Below are positions 25,760-37,142 of a DNA stretch of 64,000 bases, piece after piece. The stretch comes from Yuukianura sp. NJ FZ-2021 (Eukaryota), in NCBI GenBank assembly GCA_046563655.1, contig CM102285.1, positions 13,454,001 through 13,518,000 on the forward strand. The letters run 5' to 3'. The number at the start of each line of letters is the position of its first letter. Within the stretch, counting starts at the first letter, position 1. Both the position numbers and the translations under genes were made by a program. The notes beneath the pieces were generated by a model. It was given only the letters and a program-made list of their open reading frames with translations, was not told the origin of the DNA and did not search any database.

Positions 25760-27178
25760 ATGGTTTTGTGCTGGTTCTTCTGGAACAAGAAAAGACGCTG
25801 CTGCTGGGGCTGCTTGTGCTTTCTGTGCTGTTTTCTCCTAATTTCCTTTGTTCTTCCAATACTACTTCAACCTAACTCAACGAAGTCCAATTACACTAAA
25901 TTACGACCAGTGGGCCGAAACAACCAGCGGAAATTGGTTTCGGACCGAGTCGGTCTCTTGTCAGTGACAAACGACGTGGACACTGCTACACTACTGAGTC
26001 CAGAACCGTGTGACACGTCTGGCTCCTTGTTCCTCCTGCTACTTGTCACGTCACATGCCGGCAATTACCAGTTGCGGAAGAGGATTCGAACGGAATTTAA
26101 TTCTACAGTTCTGGACAGGCTTCGTGTCAAACGCATCTTTTTAATTGGCCAACTAGGAACAGTAGATGCTAAGCAAATCCAAAGGGACTTGGTCACCAAT
26201 AATGGAAAATTTGACCTTCCTGACATGTCCAGAGTGCTGGAAGAGGCGGGAATTTGGAATGACATGTTGGTAGGATCTTTTCTGGAGGGATATAAGAACT
26301 TGACCAGGAAGCATCTCATGGGACTTGAATGGGCAGTTGAAGAGTGCTCCAAAGTAACTTTTTTGGTCAAACAAGATGATGACATTTTCGTCGATTTGTT
26401 TGGATTGGTGCACAAGTTACGTAATACGGAGTTGGGTACAAAGTTGTCCAGAAAACAGGAAGGACGTGGAGCAATTTATGGAAAAGTGCTGGAAAATCGA
26501 CCCGTGATACGTGACAGTCAATCGAAATGGTTTGTAAGTAGGGACGAGCTGGAATTGGAAACGTATCCAGATTTTGTGTCGGGATGGGCCTATGTAACCA
26601 CGCCAAAAACTATTTCCAAAATTCTACAAGTTGCATCTCAAGCTGATCCTAAAATGTTCTGGATCGACGATGTGTTTATTACGGGTTTTCTTCGGTAAGA
26701 TTCCAACTAGACTCTACTTAACAGCACAATTACGGTATTCCACTTATTTCCAACTATGCAATTACTCGCATTCCTCCCAGAAGTGTCTCCTGGCTCCGAG
26801 AAAACAGAAATTACATAATCGTTTGGTTTTAGAGCCCGGGCTAAAGTGGATCTCATTGACGGAAGTGACTCATTTGCGGTTTCACGGAACCTTTTCCAGT
26901 GCTGTTTCTCTGTGACCTTGAAAAGGGTACAGACCAATACACAGAATTGGTGTGATTTTGTATTCGGTCCGTTACCACTGAACTCCTTCCGGTTCCAGCT
27001 CATTCACCAATCGCAGCAGTGTTATGCTTCTGGGAAATGTAGGTCTAGAACACTGGAACAGTCGCTGCTCAAGACTTGTGTTATTACAAGTCCAGGTCTA
27101 GACGAAGCGATTTCAAGGGAAAATCGCTTCCTTCCAGGAAAAAGAGGGAAGCCATTATTGGAACCGATCAAATTATGA
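25760..27178 (+). CDS. Beta-1,3-galactosyltransferase-like (GT31), type II membrane protein, 2 exons
   Basis: N-terminal TM segment; motifs YKNLTRKHLMGLEW, FLVKQDDDIFV (DxD), YPDFVSGWAYV, IDDVFITG. Intron 26695-26832 joins in frame to the 26846-27178 ORF. Confidence 0.9.
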
Positions 27179-28409
27179 AAATTTTCTGAAAGATTCAGAT
27201 CCAAACGTGGAATTTTTCCAAAATCTTCTTGAAACTCATTGCAAAAATCTGTCGATTTTTTTTGGAACTAAGATTTCACCTTTTGAACTTTCACTTTTAT
27301 GCAAAATGGGATAATTTGCGAACTCATACCCGGAAATGTTTTAGATCTGGTTTTCGCTTTTATCTTTTGTGTTTGTTTGCTTTGAGTAATAGTGAATTGC
27401 CTAATTACTAATCTAATTAAATATTCACACCTTCGCTTAATTTCTTGTTCTAAGCTGTAAATTACTCCATTTGTGTAAAGAATGAGCGTTTTAAGTGAAA
27501 TGCTTTCGACTCTAAAGCTTTCGCGTGCCTTTTGTGTATGGTGCCCACTAGCGTTGCCGTGCTGGTTCGTAATTACTAAGCTTGACAAAGTTTATTAATT
27601 AAAAGAACAACCGTAGCGAACGAAGATTAAAAGAAATTTTTTTTCAGCAAAGGACATGGTTGGATTGTCCAAACAAAAGAGAAAGCGCCCACTTTCACTC
27701 TGAGAATTGTGGAGGGAGTAAGTATTACGTGAAAGTTATTAGGAAGTAAGTTTGAGACGTGTACTTCACAGCATATACAGAAAACATTCCACAAGGGGTT
27801 AAAAAGACAAAAGAAGCTTAAAAGTCTGTCAAAATCTTTCGCCCAGCATGCTGAATGCTGGAGCAGCATGAAACTTATTCCTGCTGGGTTTCTTTCTCAG
27901 TTTCAGAGTACAATTGGATTGAATGGAAAGGAAGATAGAGATAACCTGCTTAAAGTCTCTGGAAACGTGCTGAAAACCTAACTTTCACTAATACTCAACT
28001 CAAACAATAGAGGAAATCCTTTTCCTAAGTTAGCATTTATACTTTACCTTTTGAAAAAAGGGAATGACGAGGACAGTTTCTATTATAAAGTGGATAAGCA
28101 TCCAGCATTCAGTACTGTATAAGGATACTGGATGCTGGAGAGGACAAAAGAAAAGTAAAAGTCTTTTGTTTCACCTTAATCCATAACTATCAATCTTGTT
28201 CAAAGGACAAAAGAATTTTATGAATCCAAGAGCAAGTAATTTGGTTGCAGTAGTTCCGCAAAATTTTGACAACAAAATTTTAGTACTACAGGGAGACTCA
28301 ATTTTGAATAGGAGATTTTGAGTGTGACGAAATACTTTCTCTTCTGCAGAATAATTTTGGAAGACAGTAGAATTTTGAAAAAACAGGAAGAGAAGGAGAT
28401 TAGAGGAGT

Positions 28410-30399
28410 TCAGACTCGGTAGGTCATGTACTTCGTTGCATTTCGTGTAACACGCCCACGATGCTCTCCAACCACAAATTGCTCCCCGGGAACATGACCT
28501 TTCAATTTTCAAGAAAAAGTTAGTGCTAAGTGAATTTTCTGAGTGAGTAGACACATAATTTTGTTAGAGTGAACTTTAACCAAAAAGTGTAGGTGGGATG
28601 ATCTTTGACTATGTTACCTGCGTAGGAGCTGCCAACAGGTTCGCAGTAACGGTAAATAGGGTGACAGCGGAATGGTCGTGCAGTCATGTATGAGCCACCG
28701 ACGGGATTACAGACTTCGGCGAGTCCACGGTCGTCAGGATAAAATTTCCCGGAAGCATTTTCTTTCTTCTGCTGAATCTTATGTAGTGTCACAATAGGTA
28801 ATTCTCCCAACTCTGGAAGGAGCATCCATTAAAGTTATGACTTGACCTTTGACTTTTTACATGGAAAAACCTTGTTTTTAGAAAAGTACTTACCCTCCAG
28901 GACTCCTTCCAAAGCGTGGTTTGGAGCACGAGCAGTTTGTTCTTTGTTCAATTTGTTCAACACATCAATCCGTCTAGGAAAAAAGTCCGAAATTTAGTTT
29001 TTTTTATACTCATTTTTAAACCCAGAATTCAATGACATATTTTTTATGATCTCACTCGCAAAATACATCGCGCATGATCCGTCCTTGGGGAGAGCAGTAC
29101 TGAGGGTGCTTGACGATTCCAGCAAGTCCAATGTCAATAGCATCTTTTTCAATACGTTTCATGTGCTGCTGGTAAAGGTCACATGGTCCACAAGTACTAT
29201 TCACACGAGGTTTGGCCGTGCCTTCATCAAATGTCCCACCACCGCTACTACCGGTGGGATACGGATTAGTATCTCCACACATATTGATGTGACGATTTTT
29301 GTGGGGAGTACAGCAGCTATTGAAGGTCACGCCGCTGGCCGGGTACGGACTGCGCTTTGTACCTAAAATTCAAAAGATCCAAAATTAGTTTTGGAAACTC
29401 AATTTTACGCCATAGTTCAATTCAATTTTGGAATTTCTTACCTTAGCTTAAAAGTTCCAGTTTTAGAAAAATAGAGTAATGAACTATGGCGTAAAAAGTT
29501 AAGTTTCGCATAAGATACTTTATTGCTTTTTTAGCTTTGAATAATCAGATTGAACTTTATCAATCGTAAAAGTTTGTTTTAGGATTTGCGATTTTTGATT
29601 AGTTAATTGATTTTAGCAAACACAGGTAGTACAACCTGCTGCTGCGCAGCCGCAACCACGCAGAGCACTGTCCAGGTCATCTTTCATCAGTGGAGGAAGA
29701 AGTGTTGTCTGCGTGCGACGAAATTCGGAGTGGTCACCGTCCCATGGCTTGGTTCGATCAGGACGTTCCCAAGGTTTGGATTTGTAGCAAAAGCGCCATC
29801 CATCGAGCGCTTCCTTTTCCTATTACACAAATGAAAATGAAATACTTGCAGTACATACTAGGCAGCATTTACAGTTAGTGGTTCATACGGTTCCAAACAG
29901 CTTGTCACGCCATTGGTCCTGCTCAAATGTCCGTGTGCAGAATCGGTTGCAGAAGGGAGCATAGCGTTGGTTCAGAATTGCTTGGAATCGAGGTGACCGG
30001 CTTTCAAATCCTGGATTGCATCCTGGAGCAAATTGGCGAAATGCTGGTCGGCAACTGAAGGGGTCCAAGCATCCACATTGTCCATATCGATAGCCAGTGG
30101 CATTTTGAAGGAATCCACCCTAAACACAAAACAAAATTTTAACACTGCAATTTTCAGGCGTTTTCTGTTTATGTTTCCTTTTGATAGCTTACGCTGCCGC
30201 AGTCTTCTGGACAAATGTCATTGAGAACCGTTCGCGGACTCATGTTGACACAGGGGTCAAGGAAAATCCGATTCGTTTGGGCTCCATAGGTGTTGCCGAA
30301 CTTGAACTTGAGTTGTGGAACATATCCCATGTAGCCAGGAACCATATGTGGTTCGGGTGTCAGCATCGGTCCCGTATTCGGTAGACAAGCACACTCCAT
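28410..30399 (-). CDS. FAM166/CIMIP2 (UPF0605)-like ciliary microtubule inner protein
   Basis: N-terminal PHMVPGYMGYVPQLKFKFGNTYG and spliced C-terminal YAGHVPGEQFVVG repeats. About 7 exons with GT-AG boundaries; TGA 28410-28412. Confidence 0.72.
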
Positions 30400-30833
30400 C
30401 GTGTCAAATTAGAAATTGGGACAAAAAGTATTGGAAGAAAATTTAAAACACGTCTGTCTTCTACGAAAGTGAAACGGAAACTGAATGAAAATTGAAACAA
30501 AACGAACAGACTCGCAAAACTGGAAAAACTTTTAGAAATCAAACATTTTGAACGCTGTTTCCTTGGTGATGAAAATTTTGGTAAAAGGTCATGGGATACA
30601 TTTATTTCGAATTCTTTACACTGAGGAAGAACGGACAACTGGAGGTATTAATACGTTAGCTTAGTAATTGATTAACGTTACTCAAAATCGGGAAGCAGAG
30701 AGAGATGGATTAACTGCGGAGTCTAATTTGTAGTTGTAACTACGGTTAAAAATATCTACGCACTTTTTTCGTTTTTGGAACTTATTGTGGGCAGAGCACA
30801 CGGGATAATACGGAAGATTTGACAATTAATCGT

Positions 30834-31550
30834 TTAGGAATGTTCTTTTTTACCATTGCTGTTGGAAAATGGGAAGATTGAAAATGGAAGTTTGGGAATA
30901 ACGCAGCAGCTCATAGCTAAAAAGTTGATGATGAAGTGTATCGAATCATATCGCGTATAGAAACTTGTTAGAAAGAACCTGCAGAACAAATTCAATAGTT
31001 TCAAGGCCATGCAATTTTCAATTGATAATCGATAGCTTCCAAATTTGAAAGGTCAACACACTTACAACAAAACAGGTACGACGGTTAGAAACTTTCGAGT
31101 CGTTGTAAACTGAACTCCATAATCAATTTGTTCCCAATGTGTCAAATTTCGAGCATCTCCAGGACAGTCCTGAATTTCCCACGGTGCTCCCTTTAGAGAG
31201 TGCAGAAAAAAGTAGTTGCACTGAAAAGATAAACAAATCGTAAAAATCAGCTGATTGGTCCATTAGTCTCAAATAATGCTGATTGTTGCATTGAAGTACT
31301 TACTATATTATGAATTACGTTCGTGAGAGTCCATGCCACTGGTATCGTCAAAAATGGAACAGAAAGTAGAAACAAATGGAGCAGAAGAAGGAAAACAGCA
31401 TAGGTTACCCACATGCCCCTTGAACCTGCAAACAATTAAATACTATTTATTAACAAATTCCTTATCAATCGATTAATCTCAATTTAGGAAAACATTACCT
31501 AGCCATGATGTACTTGCATTCGAATCTGTTTGTCCAGACGGCATTTTCAT
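30834..31550 (-). CDS. ORMDL: ORM1-like protein (serine palmitoyltransferase regulator), 4 exons
   Basis: [69 protein letters not shown]. Confidence 0.93.
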
Positions 31551-32149
31551 ACACTCATACCACGAAACCAAAGGTCCCTAGTGTAGTAAGGTTTTGTTGT
31601 CACCTTTGACCTGCCGACTTGTGCTAATGAACAACTCAGAATTCAGAAACTACTAAACTAACAACACAATCAATTAACCCCTAACCCAGTTAATGCACAA
31701 TTCAAAGCCGATTAACCTGCAACTATTCTGATTAACTTGTCGGTAGTTCCAAGAATCATATGATGATTTGATGTGAATGACTCCTCAGCTATGCCGTACC
31801 GTGTTGTTACTCACTTGTGCATTGAGATTAAAAGCCGCGGCTCAAGCCGAGAATAAAGTTCACACAGGTAATCTTTCAAGGTCATCCTGTCCCAGCATAA
31901 GAATTAATCATAATTAAACAGGAAACATCATCACTTTGTGAAAATTGTGGAGTATTTTTTATGTAGGCAATGCAGAAAATGCACTGAATATGGATTCCTA
32001 ACTTTGACCTTGAAAATCTCAAAAGGTAACAACAAACAATTTACTTTCAGCACAAACTTCAACAATTTAATTCTTATTGTTATTGTATTTTTATAATTTA
32101 TTAATTTTAGAACACTTGAGATGCTTATTTGGCCTGTCCAATTGATTGT

Positions 32150-33764
32150 TTACTTGTAAACTTGCGAGCAAGGAGGATACGGCATCTTTTCATAAAAAGA
32201 ATCCAGGCGTGCAATTCTTTCTGCCAAGGCTGAGCTAATTCGTTTTCGAGGAATTGTTTTTCGTATAAATTCACCAGTAATTGGATCCCACTTGGTATTA
32301 CTGGAACTGGAGCTGGAGCTGGAACTGGACGTTGTTGATTTAAGAAGTTCTTCTGGCGGAGGTGGAAATTGATCTAGAGAGTGTTGCTGGGATACCAATC
32401 TGGAAGATGACGCTGGAACACTTCCTGGATGTCTTGGCAATGGAGACTTTGTATGGAATTTGGCAATGGATGATCCTTGAAGGTCACTTAAATCTGTTTC
32501 CTCGGAACTACTGGAACTTGAATCCCTTATGGACAGTTTTGCATCACTCGGTGATTCTTCGTCATCATCAGAATCAGATTCAACAAGCGTTGAACTTTCA
32601 TTTGCGGAGGAAGAATAATTTGAAGAGGCGCTTGATGATGTCCTGTTGCGATTCCTATTGTGTTTCCTCCGTTTCAAATTTTTTCTAACTTCTTTCTTGG
32701 TAATTACTTCATCTTCCTCGTCGCTGGAAGTGCTGCTGCTGCTACTAAACAAATTAGAATCGTTAGAATTTTCTTAGTTTTGAGAGTTTTCTAACTTACA
32801 AGTACGTTGACCTTGACCTTTCCCCGGAAGTGGCTGATTGGGACTGCTGAATTTGTTTTGGAAGGGAAGGTAGACTTGACGAAGATCCCTGGGACACAAA
32901 GGTAGAAGACGACGCTGAAACGCTTCTTGGACGTCTTTGTCTTGGTGGTTTCGGTCGTATTTTGGAAACGGATGATTCAAAATCGCTTGATTCACTTTGA
33001 GTGGAACTGGAACTTGACTCCGTTTCGGATTCATTCAGCGATTCATCGTCACTATCAGATTCAGATTGAAGAAGCGATGACGACCCATGCTCTTCTGTTG
33101 TAGAAGAATATTTTGTAGCACTTGATGTCGTTGGACTACCAGTTCGGTCCATTCTTCCTTCCTTCTGTTTCTCCGTTCGATCTTCCTTCTCAGTTTGTTC
33201 ATCGTCTTCATCACTACTGGATTCGCTGCCACTGGAAAAAAAGTTTCGCACACGGTTAACAATTTTTGTATTTTCTCAAGTTTATTTGTTTCAATTGGCA
33301 GACCTTGAACTTTCTTCGCTTATTGTTCCAGCGTCACTATCATCATCATTGCTGGAATTTTGTAATTGAGGAATTTGTTCTGATGAAGATTTCTGGGAGA
33401 GTCTGGATGGTGAAACTGAAGCACTTTCTGGACGTCTTGGTGATTTTGCCCGGAATTCGGAAGTCGATGTTTCTTCAAAATCGCTGGAATGATTTTTCTC
33501 TGAACTGGAGCTGGAACTTGACGATGGTATGGACAGCGTAACATCCTTCGACGATTGTAAAGTATCATATTCCAGAAGCGATTCAGCGTCATTAGATTGA
33601 AGAAGCGGTAATCCCTGCTCATCTTCTGAAGAAGAATCACTTGAAGCGCTAGATGTCTTTCTGCTCCGACTTTTGTAAATTCCTTTACTCCTCTGTTTCA
33701 AAATTTTTTCAACCTCCGCATTGGTCACTTCATCTTCATCGTCACTAGAATTGCTACCACTGGA
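32150..33764 (-). repeat. Three diverged tandem copies of a ~450-600 bp Ser/Asp/Glu-rich exon
   Basis: Each begins S..SS.DE.DE and contains L..QS(E/N) or LVESDSDD and (KS)P..(R/H)P.S..(A/V)S.S. Similar exon-end sequences gaaag(g/t)tcaaggtc occur at ~33820, ~33301 and ~32809. Confidence 0.75.
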
Positions 33765-36629
33765 ATTCAATTTTCAAACTTATTATAATGTTATTTTAAT
33801 GTTAGCATATGATTAGTTTAGACCTTGACCTTTCTTCACTAATAGTTCCAAATTCAATCGGACTGAGACAAGCGACACAGCGTCTGCCAACATCTTCATA
33901 GCAAGCATTGCAGTACACCGTGTCACATTTCGGACAGTCGACGAAATTCTCAGTGTCATCAATGTCCCCTCCAAGTCCACAAAGGAAACACTTCCTTCGC
34001 GCAGCACGAATCAGACTGAAAAGTCTTCTGAAGCAGGGACTCCTAATGCGAAAATGTCATTTTGAATTTTCAAAAACTGAATTTCATTGTTCAAAATTTC
34101 AGAAATGCTAACGTATGCGATAGCCTTTGGATGATTCCAATCCTGTAAGTAGTTTTTCCGTTGGATAGCATTGCTCTCAGTTCATTTCTTGCGTAGAATA
34201 TGAAATTTTCCCGTGAAGTTAGGATGTTTGCGTATAGCCAACGGTCACGTGGAACTCTGCGTTCGGGGTAATAACTGTCGCAGATGATATGACGCAGACG
34301 CATTCCGTAGGGCTCGGTGACGCAAGCGATGAAGCAGACAATCAAAAGAAAAACTATTGCCGAAAACAAATTTCAAGAATTTATAATTGTTTGATTTGAG
34401 AAATTTTCAGAAGGTTTTGTGAAACCTACAAATCATGGCGTATCGATAATAGTTTGGTTTCGATGGAATTGGAAGGCACGGTGAAGTGTCAAATACTGGC
34501 AGCAGGGCTCCTATCGGACTCAGAGCTTCGAGAATGGCTCTATACATGTCAGCCATGAACCCATGTCCACTGATCGTCACTCCATGACCGAGCAGTTCTG
34601 AGCAAAGGTCAAAGGTTACCTTTAAAAAATGTATTTGAATTTTACATTTTCTTGATTTTTTTTTACTTCTTGTATCCACATGAATCGCTCCATATTTCTG
34701 GACAAGCAGCAGAAACTGATAGAAGACGTAGTCAATGAAAACGTAAATCAAAATTTTGAGAGCTCCAAGTCCAACGAAAACTAGTTGCTGTTTTAGTGCT
34801 TTTTGTTCCGATGGGACAAGCACTAGAGAAAATGTCTGAAAATTTTGGAAAAAGTTTTCAAAAATACCTTAGATTTTCAAAATTTTGGAATACCTGGACA
34901 TAAGTAAATGACTCTCTGTATTTCAGTGGAAACACTGGATCACGTCCCAAGCGTCTCATTCGTAAATCCAGTTGCACAATTCCTTTTGTGATGTAAAAGT
35001 TGTCGTGTCGATCAATCGTTAGAAAACGGTGACGGTAAATCAGGGCTCTGAAATTTTAATTTTCACAAAATGATTCAAAATTTTGAAATTTTGCAATTTG
35101 TATTATACTTGTAAAGAGCAAGTCCCATGAACAGTGATGCTAGAATGTTGACCCAATCCATATAGTCCAATAGCCAATGGATTTCATCCAGAATCTCCGA
35201 TTTCATACCGCGTACAACTTGGCGAAAACTTTTTGACGAAGTAAACGAACCTTCCAATTCATAGTCAAAGCGAATTCGAACATCAAAAAACTTTTTGATT
35301 GAAGCTCCAATGTCTTTTAGACCTGAAATATCCACGACTCTCACGTTATCCCAAAGTTTTCTTTTCAAACTTCCAGTATTTTTGGTTTTGGTCTAAGAAT
35401 TTCTTTGTATTACCGTTTTTGATTGGATCCAGAACACTTTCCTTGATGAGCCCCGGTAACCAGCAGATGACTCCTTCTGTCCATTCGGCCAAGTAGCACA
35501 ATTGCTTAGCCAAGTCCACTACTGCACACATCCAACCAAACGCACTGCCCAAGCGATTTCGACAATCGCTGATCGCTTCGTCAAAACCTGCTCGGCATTT
35601 CGCCGAAGGTGATCCAACTTTGTCGTTGCAAAATGACATTATGTTTTTCAGCCACTTCAATACGGCTTTGATCGAATTAACTAAAACGTGCGAGACGGCT
35701 CCATAACTTTTTGAGTATGAAAAAGAAACTTGAGTTTACTCATTTAAATTTACCAACTGCAGTGATCATGTTTATCAGCGCTCGTAAACTGGCCATAATT
35801 GACGCTGCAGCGTTTTGGACAGCATCGACCATTGCTTTCAGAGCACCCCCTAGTGCAGAGTACGGATCCTTCACAAGGTTGATGAGACCTTGTGTAGCAT
35901 TATGTGCCATTTCCTGTCCAGAGAAATATCATTCGAAATTTCGAAAACTTTTTCCTTTGAAAGTTTCAGTTATAAAATGAGTTTTTAAAGATTTACTTGT
36001 GAACAAAGCAGACTTTCCGTAAGAATCTCCATATTTTGTGTAGTGTTTTTTCCTGGTCCAGACAGTGCCAAAATGAGACAGTAAGCCAAAATCGCTGCTC
36101 TTCCTTTTTTCGTAAAAAACTGTGGAAGTGTGAGATACAGAAAACAGCGCAATGTCACTGAAAAGGCTAAACCCAAGGTCAGAACTGATCCGAAGAGGAT
36201 TGAAGCGTAGACGGTCCCCACGGGGTCAAAGTTCAATTGAAAAATTAGAAAAATCGACACAGCTTGTGTCAAAATCAGTCCAACTGAAAATATCAAAAAA
36301 TTTCAAAAAATAGAAAACTTTACGAATGGTTTCAGAAAACCCGAAAACTTACGAATAAGTCCGAATAGACTTTTGAGGATGCTGTTCGCCAGGGTTCCAT
36401 CGGTCCAAAGTACTTGCCAAGTAGTTTGTCCACTTTTGACTTTCCAGAAAAAGCATGGACAGAATATGCGAAGAGTCAAGCGCTTGAGACACTGCAAAAA
36501 TCTTCTGCAGCATCCGTACCTTGGTGGAAGACCAATACTTTGGCGATATGCATTCAGCTTAACTTCTTTGATTCTGCCCAATGCTCTCCACACTTTTATG
36601 ATTTTCAAAAGTACTAAACAGACCGGCAT
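32150..36629 (-). CDS. DC-STAMP domain protein (DCST2/sneaky-like) with RING-like Cys cluster and long Ser/acidic tail
   Basis: LPQFFTKKGRAAILAY..LSGPGKN, Cys-rich ectodomain, DNFYIT, CLPIPSKPNY, EPYGMRLRHIICDSYYPERR, then CFLC..CPKC..YCNAC..CVAC. Three further Ser-rich exons follow in phase. Confidence 0.85.
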
Positions 36630-37142
36630 CTCAAATTTTGTCCAATTTTTTGAACTACTATTCCGAAAAATGCAAGTAACTTTTTACATCCAACGCACTG
36701 AATCTTGTAAGAAAACTAAATTCCAAAATCTTTGAGAAATTGAAATCCTCCAAACTTTTTCTTTACAAAGTTTTCAAGTTCTTTGCGCTTGCTCAAGTCT
36801 TGACATGCAGCCATGACATCAGCGATATTCATACCATTTTTGTAAGTTCTATTTCTAAATTAACAGAATTACTTATGTTGGACACAAAAATTGTAAACTG
36901 TCAAACATGTGACGCTAGAGGAAGTGGGTAGTAAACCGGAAAGTGAATTTAAAATAACACATAGGAAAAATTGCACAAAATTTTCTAACTTCACTTTTCG
37001 CAAATAAAAATTTAGCTCCCCCATTTTTACCTAAAAACAGAGTCCACGTAAAGTTAGATGACATTGTGAGAAACTTCGGGTTTGACCAAATCAGAAGTTA
37101 AAACTTGAAAATCTACGAAAATTCATTTAGGTTTACCCTACC

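Noticed and set aside
28097..28135. Small hairpin agcatccag...ctggatgct
   Set aside because: The 9-bp core could arise by chance and no known element matches.
29437..29452. Micro-exon in the FAM166-like intron
   Set aside because: The nearest AG gives a 5-nt exon that would frameshift, and the flanking exons already join in phase.
31755..31830. Possible C/D snoRNA (ATGATGA box C)
   Set aside because: No properly placed CTGA box D or terminal stem.
601..36629. Functional cluster of cilia/sperm genes (MAK, FAM166-like, DCST)
   Set aside because: They are interspersed with unrelated genes and there is no evidence of co-regulation in the sequence.
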